Shown here: positions 55,564-63,945 of the stretch, in pieces
Numbering within the stretch: position 1 is the stretch's first letter
Layout of the letters: the number at the start of each line of letters is the position of its first letter
Virus record (IMG/VR): IMGVR_UViG_2681813236_000004
From: an uncultured virus (IMG/VR IMGVR_UViG_2681813236_000004)
Lineage: Duplodnaviria; Heunggongvirae; Uroviricota; Caudoviricetes
DNA: 64,000 nucleotides
Strand: one strand, 5' to 3'
Position numbers and translations under genes: made by a program
Notes under the pieces: generated by a model
Told to the model about the DNA's origin: nothing
Databases searched by the model: none
Seen by the model: only the letters and a program-made list of their open reading frames with translations

Positions 55564-56391
55564 TTATTTCACCGGAACAAACGGAACAGCGGTATTACTG
55601 GTCATATACTGCGGTAATGTACCGTTCCATTTGTTGATCGCTTCCAACTCCATAACACCGGGGTTCTGGCGCAGAGCTTCACCACGTAAACGAATGGCAT
55701 CAGCTTCGGCCTGGGCTTTTGTGCGAATAGCATCAGCCTGTCCGGCAGCTTCCGCGCGCAGCATGTTGGCCTCTGCTTCACGTTGTTTGACCTCTTGCTC
55801 GCGTTGCAGAGTTTTTTGGTTTGCCGTGACTTTGGCGTTAATACTGTCAATAACTGTTGGCGGGTATTCTGGCTTACCTACATAAGAGAGGCTCATCACC
55901 TGAATGCCGATTGGCGTCATTTCTTCCTGAATGTCTTTAAGGGCTGCATCAAGCAATTCAGATTTGCCACCGTCGATAAATTTGTCGGTGGTCATTTTGC
56001 TGGCTAACCGGTTCAGAGCATCTGCAACCTTCTGGCGTAGATCGGTATCAGTAATATCATCTACACCTTTGCGATAGGTCTGAAATACCGTTGTGACTTT
56101 TGCTGGATCAACCTTGTAGGCTACGCCGATGTGGTAACCAATGGTTGTTCCGTCGCTCATCTGGAAGCTGAACGGCTCATCGTATGTCTTCATTTGCTTA
56201 AAGGTCGGGAAGATATAAACTTCAGTATTCAAGCCTGTCCAGTAGCGACCAACGCCAACTACTTCACCGATACCTTTATCATCCCCCAGCTTATTTACTT
56301 TGATCCCTACGTTACCTGGCTCTACCCGATCGCATCCGGTCAGACATAAAGAACCCAAAATAATCGCTGCACTAATCAACGTTTTTTTCAT
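55564..56391 (-). CDS. SPFH/band-7 domain lipoprotein
   Basis: LTGC lipobox, RVEPGNVGI, A/E-rich coiled coil, KWNGTLP. Confidence 0.88.
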   Translation of the reverse strand: MKKTLISAAIILGSLCLTGCDRVEPGNVGIKVNKLGDDKGIGEVVGVGRYWTGLNTEVYIFPTFKQMKTYDEPFSFQMSDGTTIGYHIGVAYKVDPAKVTTVFQTYRKGVDDITDTDLRQKVADALNRLASKMTTDKFIDGGKSELLDAALKDIQEEMTPIGIQVMSLSYVGKPEYPPTVIDSINAKVTANQKTLQREQEVKQREAEANMLRAEAAGQADAIRTKAQAEADAIRLRGEALRQNPGVMELEAINKWNGTLPQYMTSNTAVPFVPVK

Positions 56392-56608
56392 TAATTAATT
56401 TCCTGGTTTTTTCACGAAAAAAGACTACTGCGAAAGCCGGGTAAATGAGCGCGAGAAGGACTCCCAACAATACAAGTATTGTGCTGTTAGATGAGATCAT
56501 ATTTGGCAAAAGCCAAACATACAGAACCAGTGACACAATCAAACAGAGGACGGCATAAATATATAACCGCACCCATAGCGTTCGACATTTGTTCGGATTG
56601 TTCTGCAT
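56372..56608 (-). CDS. small two-TM membrane protein
   Basis: 78 aa overlapping the SPFH gene start. Confidence 0.75.
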   Translation of the reverse strand: MQNNPNKCRTLWVRLYIYAVLCLIVSLVLYVWLLPNMISSNSTILVLLGVLLALIYPAFAVVFFREKTRKLINEKNVD

Positions 56609-56641
56609 CCTCTCACTCCATTATTTAACGAATAAAAAAGC

Positions 56642-56761
56642 TGCGGTGCCGGGTGCCTCCCGGTATCCTTTGGCTGGTTATCTACCGTGGACGGGGAAAC
56701 AAGGAGAAATAATGGACAGATATAACCATTTCCCCGCGTGCGCTTAGCCGCATTCACCGCA
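56642..56761 (-). ncRNA. c4/CI-like tRNA-shaped RNA, unit A
   Basis: ends pair GCGGTG/CACCGC; GGTGAATGC head; CCGGG-aggca-CCCGG 3' hairpin. Confidence 0.6.
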
Positions 56762-56924
56762 ACGGAAAGAGCATTCTTGGTGGACCTGTAGATTGGGATA
56801 TGAACCCGTTACAGGAGAATGCTCTTACCTGTTACGTGCTCCGTTTCGTGGAGCTAACGGCGGGTGATCAGACCGCACCAGACTGGACTTATTTCAGCGT
56901 TATGCTCATGCCAGAGAATCAAAC

Positions 56925-57022
56925 TGTGATGGTCGGTGCTGAACTCCGACACAGGGTTGTAGCAAGCCCCGCAAAGCGCGCACTACTGTAGTTGCGGCAC
57001 ATCAGCCTGTGCATTCACCACA
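56925..57022 (-). ncRNA. c4/CI-like tRNA-shaped RNA, unit B
   Basis: ends pair TGTGGTG/CATCACA; GGTGAATGC head; GTCGG..CCGAC 3' hairpin. Confidence 0.6.
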
Positions 57023-57320
57023 ATGTTGAGAACACTGGTTGTCACGCTGCCTCGCGACATTTATTCATAGATTGGGATATGACCCCGTTACGCCAATGTT
57101 CTCAACGTTGTAGTGCCGGTTACGGTTCCGGCCAGGCCTCTTCCTCAACGGGGTGTTCTCCATACGGACTACCGTTTATTGGTCGTTCCTGCGGTTTATG
57201 TTGTGAAGCCAGATGCTTATCTTCTGGTTGCTTCAAAGAGCTGCACTTCATCACAACGGTAAGAGCACTCGATGCATTTAAGCCAAGCCCCATAAGGGAG
57301 AATGCCCTTACCTGTTGTGC

Positions 57321-57396
57321 TGGTGCCGGTTAACGGACTCGAACCGCTGACATCCTGCTTACAAGGCAGGCGCTCTACCAACTGAGCTAAACCGGC
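57321..57396 (-). tRNA. trnT: tRNA-Thr(TGT)
   Basis: 76-nt cloverleaf, CT-TGT-AA loop, CCA end. Confidence 0.96.
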
Positions 57397-57398
57397 AT

Positions 57399-57474
57399 TG
57401 GCGATGGTGGATGGATTTGAACCATCGACCCGTTGATTAACAGTCAACCGCTCTAACCGCTGAGCTACACCATC
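57399..57474 (-). tRNA. trnA: tRNA-Asn(GTT)
   Basis: 76-nt cloverleaf, CT-GTT-AA loop, CCA end. Confidence 0.96.
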
Positions 57475-57756
57475 ACTTGCCGGGTACGTCTCCGGCGAGG
57501 GCTTCCACCTCCGTATGCTTTTCGGCGCACCGCGCCCTGACTGCAATTCGGTAACAGGGGATGCATAATCCTGGCTTCCAGCGTGATTAGCGCCTTCAGC
57601 ATGACGGGATATACCCGTAAATTCGTGGAACTGTACCCAAAGTGCTGTTAAGCACCGCTGTTACGCTGAAAAGAAGACGCAACAGGAAAGGACGCTGACC
57701 AACAGATGGCCCCTTCTCGTTCATCTGGTTAATCACACCAGCGCCCTTACCTGTTG

Positions 57757-57950
57757 TGCCTCCCCGTTCCCTAATACACAGACGGGGACACTCTGTGGTC
57801 GATTTTTTGACGGGGGACGACTCATACCCCGTGGCGTCTGGCTTCTTAGGCCGCTACCATCATCAGATTATCGTTTGCATTTACTTTAATGGTCAGTTTC
57901 TAAACCGCCGCAAAGTCGCTAACCATGACGAAAACCCTGAAAAAAACGCC
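57757..57950 (-). ncRNA. tmRNA-like mRNA domain with tag frame ANDNLMMVAA
   Basis: AAAGTAAAT-GCA AAC GAT AAT CTG ATG ATG GTA GCG GCC TAA at 57878-57846 with flanking pseudoknot-like pairings. Confidence 0.6.
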
Positions 57951-57965
57951 CACCCGAAGATGGGC
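57940..57965 (-). terminator. intrinsic terminator in the leader of the tRNA-ban operon
   Basis: GCCCATC-ttcg-GGTGGGC then GTTTTTTT. Confidence 0.8.
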
Positions 57966-58128
57966 AAACTGGAAGCTCGTAACGCACTTCGGCGTTGCCA
58001 CTTAGGCGCATGGTCAACCTGGCAACTCGGTGGTTTGTCTGGGAGGACTAGGCCCAGCCATGCTTACCGCCGCGCCTGTCGCGGCTAACAGCTAAATCGC
58101 TCTATAAATCACGATTCATTGAGGCGAT

Positions 58129-58156
58129 ATTACACTAATAAATTTATTAGAGCAAT
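58129..58156. promoter_or_regulatory. bivalent C1 operator at the promoter of the tRNA-ban operon
   Basis: ATTACACTAATAAATTTATTAGAGCAAT, overlapping inverted operators. Confidence 0.93.
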
Positions 58157-60165
58157 ATACCTAAAACGTCATGAGCAACACCTCGAGTGTCCCCCTTACA
58201 AGACACAGAACGTCTGGCAAAAAGAGGTTCCACTCTGAAGCCATTGTCATGATAAAGCTCTCTGATGTTTGGCGCGCCACTGTTAGTAATGAGAACCTTT
58301 GCACCTCGGCGATGAGCATCCGTCAACAGAGACACCAGGCGTTTTTGCTCTTCAAACTTAAAGTCATGACCGGAATAGTTCGTGAATCCCTCTGTATTTG
58401 GAAGCGGTTCATATGGCGGATCGCAAAAAATGACATCTCCTTCTCCGGCAGCTTCAATCACCGCAGCAAAATCACCACATACAAACTCAGAACGCCCTTC
58501 CGCACCAAGGAAGGCTTCCATCTCCTGCAATGGGAAATACGGAGTTTTATACTTCCCATAACCGACATTGAACTCACCGGCCTGGTTGTAACGCGTCAAT
58601 CCGTTAAAACAATGTCGGTTCAGGAACAAAAACGCCGCTGCGCGATGTAAATCATCATAGACTTGTTTGTTAAACGCATTCCGTACTGCCAGGTATCCTT
58701 CCTGTGTGTTGTAGTCCTGGAAAAACCGATGCGCCAGAGTGATAAGTGAACGTTCCTCACGTTGCAAAGTCTTGTAAAAGTTAATCAGGTCAGCATTCAC
58801 ATCATTTAGCAGATTTTCCTTGTATCCGGCATTCATGAAGACAGCTCCGCCACCGACAAAAGGTTCAATCAGGCGCTTCCCTTCTGGCAAATAGCGAAAG
58901 ATTTGTTCCAGAACACCAAATTTTCCACCAGCCCATTTGAATATGGACCGTTCGAATTCTGCCGCTGGTTTAACTTTTCGCTCTTTTGTTTCATTCCCTT
59001 CATTCTGCCGACATGCAGCCTTGGTAATCCGATCGCCAATCCAGCGCATTACTGGTATCGCCATACTATTGCCGATCGCTTTGTAACGCGGTCCGTCAGC
59101 TGCAAGCATCGCGGCCTCTTCTTCGCTCAAATCAGGATAGTTTTTGCGAAGGTATGCCAGTTCATCTGAAGAAACTTTTTTACGCTTTTCCGTAGGGATC
59201 AATGTATGTCCATCAGGAAAACCTTGCAGCCTTTCACATTCGACAGGGGTAAGACGGCGCATTCTACCGTCGCCGAGCAATACAATTGGTGCTTCATGGT
59301 TACATGTCAAAGTTGGTGCCGAATTATCGGTTTTTATCTCAGCCCCTCCTTGCCCATGTGCCATGGCAATTATGTTTGTATCATCGCAAGTTCTGATAGC
59401 GATGTTTGAAGTATATCTGGTAGTTTCCTTCCCCTCGCCTCTGCTCGGCGCAATATTCCGGCGCACGCCTTCGAACTCAAAAAGTACCGTTGCGGGATCG
59501 AGGTCTGTTCGAGCACTTGCGACAACAAACACGCGTCGGCGTCGTTGTGCCACTCCGAAGTATTGGGCATCAAGGATTCTCCAGGCCACTTTTCGCTGCG
59601 GTCCATAAATACAACCACACTGCGGCCACTTTGGAGCATGGCAACCGGTTTTGACATCCCACCGCCAGAACGCGTTACTTTTTCCTGATTCAGGTCGATC
59701 ACCTGGTTCGAATGGCGCATCTTCTCCAGCCAATCCGGCAAGGAAACATCCGAAGGCGTTATCTGCCGATGACAAGACTCCTGGGACATTTTCCCAGACG
59801 ATAACTGCTGGTTTGAGAAATGACTCAGCCCGTTTGTCGTCAATTGCATTTGCAAGCTCCACATACTTTAAAGTTAGCGCGCCACGCTCATCATCAAGCC
59901 CACCACCTAATCCCGCGATACTGAATGCCTGACAAGGTGTTCCCCCGACGAGCACATCAGGGGATTCGATTTCCCCAGCCAGGACTTTTTTGGCAAGTTT
60001 TGTCATGTCGCCAAGGTTGGCGACATGGGGCCAGCGGTGCGCAAGAACGGCAGATGGAAAAGGCTCGATTTCAGCAAACCACGCCGGACGCATACCCAAC
60101 GGTTCCCAGGCAATACTCGCGGCTTCAATTCCACTGCAAACAGATCCATAGCACAGCTCTTTCAC
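58147..60165 (-). CDS. dmt: Dmt, fused C5-cytosine and Dam-type adenine methyltransferase
   Basis: PCQ, ENV, QRRRR, RLQGFP, GNS motifs then KWAGGK, EPFVGGG, DPPY. Confidence 0.96.
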   Translation of the reverse strand: MKELCYGSVCSGIEAASIAWEPLGMRPAWFAEIEPFPSAVLAHRWPHVANLGDMTKLAKKVLAGEIESPDVLVGGTPCQAFSIAGLGGGLDDERGALTLKYVELANAIDDKRAESFLKPAVIVWENVPGVLSSADNAFGCFLAGLAGEDAPFEPGDRPESGKSNAFWRWDVKTGCHAPKWPQCGCIYGPQRKVAWRILDAQYFGVAQRRRRVFVVASARTDLDPATVLFEFEGVRRNIAPSRGEGKETTRYTSNIAIRTCDDTNIIAMAHGQGGAEIKTDNSAPTLTCNHEAPIVLLGDGRMRRLTPVECERLQGFPDGHTLIPTEKRKKVSSDELAYLRKNYPDLSEEEAAMLAADGPRYKAIGNSMAIPVMRWIGDRITKAACRQNEGNETKERKVKPAAEFERSIFKWAGGKFGVLEQIFRYLPEGKRLIEPFVGGGAVFMNAGYKENLLNDVNADLINFYKTLQREERSLITLAHRFFQDYNTQEGYLAVRNAFNKQVYDDLHRAAAFLFLNRHCFNGLTRYNQAGEFNVGYGKYKTPYFPLQEMEAFLGAEGRSEFVCGDFAAVIEAAGEGDVIFCDPPYEPLPNTEGFTNYSGHDFKFEEQKRLVSLLTDAHRRGAKVLITNSGAPNIRELYHDNGFRVEPLFARRSVSCKGDTRGVAHDVLGILL
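59370..59849 (-). CDS. nested alternative-frame ORF in dmt, EcoHK31I beta-subunit-like
   Basis: 159 aa, SD GGAG 7 nt upstream, [25 protein letters not shown] motif. Confidence 0.65.
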   Translation of the reverse strand: MQLTTNGLSHFSNQQLSSGKMSQESCHRQITPSDVSLPDWLEKMRHSNQVIDLNQEKVTRSGGGMSKPVAMLQSGRSVVVFMDRSEKWPGESLMPNTSEWHNDADACLLSQVLEQTSIPQRYFLSSKACAGILRRAEARGRKLPDILQTSLSELAMIQT

Positions 60166-61067
60166 TGCTTAGCCTCTCCACCAAGGGCATTTACCAGAGC
60201 ATCAACCAGGCACGAAATTTCACTGGTCAACAGGAAGAAATCTGCGTCCAGTCGCTGCGCAACATCTTCACTATCAATATCAGAGTTCTGCTCAAGCAAT
60301 TCATCCGCAAATTTGACGCTGGTAAGGCTGAAGTTATGGTCCAGTGTAAATTTAATGCGGTTCTGCCAGTCGAGTGCCAACTTAGTGACGAGCTTGCCAG
60401 CTTCCAGGTGTGTGGAAATTTCATCGCTTCCCAAATCCTGCTTTTTCACTCGGGCAATACCGCCATCCTCAAGCACTGCCTTAAGTTCTGCCGCATCCCC
60501 CATTTGAAATCCCTGTGGAGCACTACCATCACGTACCCAGTCGGTCAGCGTTAATTCAATGGGATTTTCAACACTCAGGGGAACAACAGGAAGAGAACCC
60601 AGAGACTTACGCATAAGCGCGAGCATATCTTCTGCCTGCCGCGCGCTGGCATTGATATAGATACGTTTAGTTGAACCGTCGTAGATCGCCTGGATAACAG
60701 AAAACTTTGAAAAAGCCCGTGGAAGAAGAGAATGCAGAACTTCGTCTTTCAGGGAGTCCTTCTCTGTTTTCTTCAGTTTACGCGCTTGTTCTTGCTCAAG
60801 TTTTTCAATTTTTTCTTGAATAGCTCGCTGGATAACCGGCGGGGGAAGAATTTTTGTTTCGCGCTTTGCTTCAACAAGGATAAAACCATTTCCATGCATA
60901 GCGATAACTTCGGAATTATCACCAAATGGCGATACAAAACCGAACTTGGCCATATCCTGACTACCGCATGGCGTGAAAAGGATCATTTTCTTTTTATCTT
61001 CTAAGTCGGTCAGATCCGCCTCACGAGAAAGTTTATAAATAGTAATGTTTTTCCAGTGCTTAAACAT
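60162..61067 (-). CDS. hrdC: RdgC homolog
   Basis: [26 protein letters not shown] motifs. Confidence 0.93.
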   Translation of the reverse strand: MFKHWKNITIYKLSREADLTDLEDKKKMILFTPCGSQDMAKFGFVSPFGDNSEVIAMHGNGFILVEAKRETKILPPPVIQRAIQEKIEKLEQEQARKLKKTEKDSLKDEVLHSLLPRAFSKFSVIQAIYDGSTKRIYINASARQAEDMLALMRKSLGSLPVVPLSVENPIELTLTDWVRDGSAPQGFQMGDAAELKAVLEDGGIARVKKQDLGSDEISTHLEAGKLVTKLALDWQNRIKFTLDHNFSLTSVKFADELLEQNSDIDSEDVAQRLDADFFLLTSEISCLVDALVNALGGEAKQ

Positions 61068-61344
61068 GTTGTAACCCTTGAATATCAACCACAGAAAGCT
61101 CGTCTTTGTAGAAAAAGGCCAGGTTGTGGCACCCCCTCGTTTGAGCGTATGAGCTGGGACCAATTTCGTTCTTCCAGACAAATGGCTTCAAATCCGTACG
61201 GCGAAGCATAAAAACGCGATTTGTTCCGCTCTGATTCCCAATGAGGCAAAAGCCTTCTTTCACCTTGATAGCCTGCAAGTTGTCGAGTTCACCGCTGGTT
61301 ACACGGCTATCGAACTCTTTGCGGCTTATTAGCTCCATCTGCAT
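61060..61344 (-). CDS. uhr: Uhr
   Basis: 94 aa upstream of hrdC, SD GGAG. Confidence 0.7.
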   Translation of the reverse strand: MQMELISRKEFDSRVTSGELDNLQAIKVKEGFCLIGNQSGTNRVFMLRRTDLKPFVWKNEIGPSSYAQTRGCHNLAFFYKDELSVVDIQGLQHV

Positions 61345-61415
61345 CTGACGACTCCAAACAAATGCCCATTGAAGGGCGATGGCTGAATGGTACCGAAAAT
61401 ACGACACAAAAAACA

Positions 61416-61432
61416 ATATTTATTAGAGCAAT
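61416..61432 (-). promoter_or_regulatory. C1 operator
   Basis: ATTGCTCTAATAAATAT. Confidence 0.92.
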
Positions 61433-61462
61433 TTTGTAATAAGTAAACGCCATACAGCCCAC

Positions 61463-61481
61463 AAATAACTTAAGTTAAAAT
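61463..61481 (+). promoter_or_regulatory. late promoter of the PAAR operon
   Basis: AAATAACTT, 4 nt, TAAAAT. Confidence 0.7.
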
Positions 61482-61513
61482 AACGAAAATCAGAGCAAAT
61501 AATTGGTGATGGC

Positions 61514-61798
61514 GTGGCAAGTATTGCAACAAAAGACAGCATTTGTTCGGGGCACGGAGGATTCCCATCCAGGCCTCCTGTAGAGAGTGAACCACTACTT
61601 AAAGTCAACGGAGTCGAAGTGTTAGTTGATGGTAAGCAATATGCACAGCATACCGATGGAAACAGTACGCACGGTGGGCAAGCTATATCAACCAGGGCAT
61701 GGTTTACCGTCAATGGTAAAGGGATCGTATGCGTTGGTGACCCTGTTTCATGCGGATCTACCGTAGCGTCCGGAGACGGCCTGGTTCAGGTAAGTTAG
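61514..61798 (+). CDS. upfC: PAAR-domain spike tip protein
   Basis: CSGHGGFP, VNG repeats, GDPVSCGS. Confidence 0.85.
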   Translation: MASIATKDSICSGHGGFPSRPPVESEPLLKVNGVEVLVDGKQYAQHTDGNSTHGGQAISTRAWFTVNGKGIVCVGDPVSCGSTVASGDGLVQVS

Positions 61799-61806
61799 GA
61801 GATATC

Positions 61807-62595
61807 ATGCTGGAAAAAGACTACCAGTTATCCGCATATAAAAAATTGGCCGCCGCCGGTGGGATGAAAACACCTGGTGCCATAACATCGGCACGAAACA
61901 GTGCTAACACAGCAAAACTGCTTGCAGAAGAATTGACCGGATTAATTCTGGATACAATTGTCTATCCTGACACTATTACCAGCTATGTTTCAACGATCAG
62001 AACAACCACAACCGGCTTAACGAACATTGGAGAACTGGCAACTAAGCACGCGGACCTGTTGGCTGGTTATGCCGATCTGTCAATGCTGCTTCAACTCGAT
62101 ATTGGTTGGGATGTTTACTGCCGTGCTAATGAGCGAGAAGTTTCAGAACTGCCGATCTCTATTGCCATTGGTGATGTGAATATTACTAAATCGCTTGAGG
62201 ACGCTGTTAACGCGCTTAATACATCAAGTTTAGTCGCTGCTATGGGGGAGATTAACCAGACCCTTAACACTGGCTCAGGAAGCTCGTCAGGCTCTGGTTC
62301 AGGCGGCGGCACTGCCACTCCCCCACCAGCACTAACAGAAGAGCAAATTGAATCTCTGAAAGTAGCAACTGAACAGTTTGGGGTTGTTTTCAACCAGACA
62401 ACAGCGCCCACAACTGCGTTACAACAGCAGTATGAACGAGCGAATGAAAGCGCCAACGTAGCCATAACTGCTTATAACCATGCTATCGGTACCGCGCTTG
62501 CGGAAGCATCAGCAAATAAGGCCAGCACAGCCAGCGCAGTTGCCGCTTTGGTTCCTGATTCTGTTCTTGATGAATTAAACAAAGCGGCACAGTAA
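61807..62595 (+). CDS. upfB: UpfB, probable virion protein
   Basis: 262 aa with G/S linker, synteny. Confidence 0.7.
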   Translation: MLEKDYQLSAYKKLAAAGGMKTPGAITSARNSANTAKLLAEELTGLILDTIVYPDTITSYVSTIRTTTTGLTNIGELATKHADLLAGYADLSMLLQLDIGWDVYCRANEREVSELPISIAIGDVNITKSLEDAVNALNTSSLVAAMGEINQTLNTGSGSSSGSGSGGGTATPPPALTEEQIESLKVATEQFGVVFNQTTAPTTALQQQYERANESANVAITAYNHAIGTALAEASANKASTASAVAALVPDSVLDELNKAAQ

Positions 62596-62634
62596 CAAAG
62601 GACTTCATTGATAATTTTTCTTCAGGAGGAAGAC

Positions 62635-63057
62635 ATGTCATTCTTTTCTACGTTAAAAACAGCTTTGTCTTTGAAGGAGAAACTTGCTGCTACTGGTGTT
62701 CTTGTTCTGATTTGCGCACTTGTTGGTGCTGGGTTTGCATGGGAACGTCATCAGCTAAAGCAAGCCATGGAGAAAATTGGCAGTCTTGATCAGGCTGTTA
62801 AGGAACGTGATAAGTCAATAATGGATCTTAACCAGACCATTGAGACGATGAACAAAGCAGAGCAACATTTTCACAGCCAGGAAGTGAAAAATGAATCAGA
62901 ACAAGCCAAATATGCTGACAGGCAAATGGAACGAAAAGCTGAAGTTCAGAAACAACTGGTTGCGGCGGGTAATGTTCGCCAGCGTATTCCTGCTGACACT
63001 CAGCGGTTGCTCCGGGAGTCGATCAGCGAATTTAACGCCGACGCCGACAAAGGTTAA
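62635..63057 (+). CDS. ppfA: PpfA, i-spanin (Rz)-like
   Basis: N-terminal TM then coiled coil. Confidence 0.75.
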   Translation: MSFFSTLKTALSLKEKLAATGVLVLICALVGAGFAWERHQLKQAMEKIGSLDQAVKERDKSIMDLNQTIETMNKAEQHFHSQEVKNESEQAKYADRQMERKAEVQKQLVAAGNVRQRIPADTQRLLRESISEFNADADKG

Positions 63058-63223
63058 CCACCCTGACCCAAAAAGTGCATTTATGTGCAGGATGCCAGAG
63101 TTTAGCAGTGAATATTTTGATGATCTGCCAGCGTATATCCTCGATACAGAAACGATGCTGATGGGGATTAACAGGAAGAATCGCAACGTTAATGATTACA
63201 ACCGAGCTATTAGCGGTAACTAA
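62912..63223 (+). CDS. mlp: Mlp lipoprotein, o-spanin (Rz1)-like
   Basis: LSGC lipobox, Pro-rich, overlaps ppfA in +1 frame; start uncertain. Confidence 0.72.
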   Translation: MLTGKWNEKLKFRNNWLRRVMFASVFLLTLSGCSGSRSANLTPTPTKVNHPDPKSAFMCRMPEFSSEYFDDLPAYILDTETMLMGINRKNRNVNDYNRAISGN

Positions 63224-63234
63224 AAGGGATTTTT

Positions 63235-63627
63235 ATGTCTGATAAAGTAACAGTAAAGCAAACTATCAACAAAGCGACTTCAATCTACAAAATTGAGCAA
63301 ATCACTGTTGGCAAGCCAGGATCTGAACAATACCGTCGTGCTTTCGAGCTTGCCGATCAGCTTGGTTTAAAACACCCGGATTGCATTGAGCATGTATTTC
63401 CGACCTATGCTGATGAGCAATGTACTCATGTTCTTACCGAAGAGGATTTTTTCAGCACTGAAGAACGAGAAGGCGTTGATCGCTGTATTGGTGTGATTTG
63501 CTCTTCAGTGAGTTATGAGTTATTCCCTAATGTCCATGAAGATGGTGGTATTGGATACCAATTCCTGTACGAAGGCGATGAGCTTAAATGTTATGAACAT
63601 GGTCTTCTCATCGAAAGCATAGAATAA
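63235..63627 (+). CDS. upfA: UpfA
   Basis: 130 aa before oriR. Confidence 0.75.
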   Translation: MSDKVTVKQTINKATSIYKIEQITVGKPGSEQYRRAFELADQLGLKHPDCIEHVFPTYADEQCTHVLTEEDFFSTEEREGVDRCIGVICSSVSYELFPNVHEDGGIGYQFLYEGDELKCYEHGLLIESIE

Positions 63628-63641
63628 TACAGCTTCCTTCC

Positions 63642-63665
63642 AACCGGCTTTGTTGGCCGGTTTTT
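63642..63665 (+). terminator. intrinsic terminator before oriR
   Basis: AACCGGC-tttgttg-GCCGGTT plus T run. Confidence 0.85.
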
Positions 63666-63668
63666 CAC

Positions 63669-63927
63669 TTATCCACATTATCCACTGGATAGATCCAATA
63701 ATTAGGTCCATACAGATCCCAATTAGATCCATATAGATCCCTGATCGTTGCAGGCCGCGCCACGTCTGGCCTAGAAGTGTATCGCGATGTGTGCTGGAGG
63801 GAAAACGATGTGTGCTGGCGGGATAAAAATGTGTGCTGACGGGTTGCTAATGTGTGCTGGCGGGATATAGGATGTGTGCTGACGGGAAAGCCTGGGTAGT
63901 TATCATCACTTATAAAAACTATCCACA
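63669..63927. other. oriR: plasmid origin oriR (DnaA boxes, AGATCC heptamers, GC spacer, iterons)
   Basis: TTATCCACA at 63669, TTATCCACT at 63678, AGATCC repeats, CTATCCACA at 63919. Confidence 0.96.
63786..63889 (+). repeat. five 19-bp RepA iterons (incC)
   Basis: RATGTGTGCTGRMGGGWWR at 63786, 63807, 63828, 63849, 63871. Confidence 0.97.
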
Positions 63928-63945
63928 TAATTCGGAAAAAGTAAT

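Larger units (their letters stand above)
56760..57757. repeat. four related long-stem inverted repeats (processing-stem-like)
   Basis: stems at 56760-56833, 57020-57111, 57252-57319, 57679-57757; three share CTTACCTGTT arms. Confidence 0.75.

Noticed and set aside
56925..57022. Additional true tRNA
   Set aside because: No canonical T-loop, anticodon arm or CCA end; kept as tRNA-like ncRNA.
56760..57757. CRISPR array
   Set aside because: Repeats are inverted stems with irregular spacing and no cas genes are present.
57476..57965. Complete canonical tmRNA gene
   Set aside because: No GGTTCRA T-arm with matching acceptor strand and CCA found by eye; only the mRNA-like part is supported.
56800..58088. 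Track ORFs 56800-56991, 56992-57333, 57217-57546 and 57756-58088
   Set aside because: They overlap tRNAs or structured RNA and show no recognisable motifs.
63786..63889. CRISPR-like direct repeats
   Set aside because: Spacers are 2-3 bp; these are RepA iterons.
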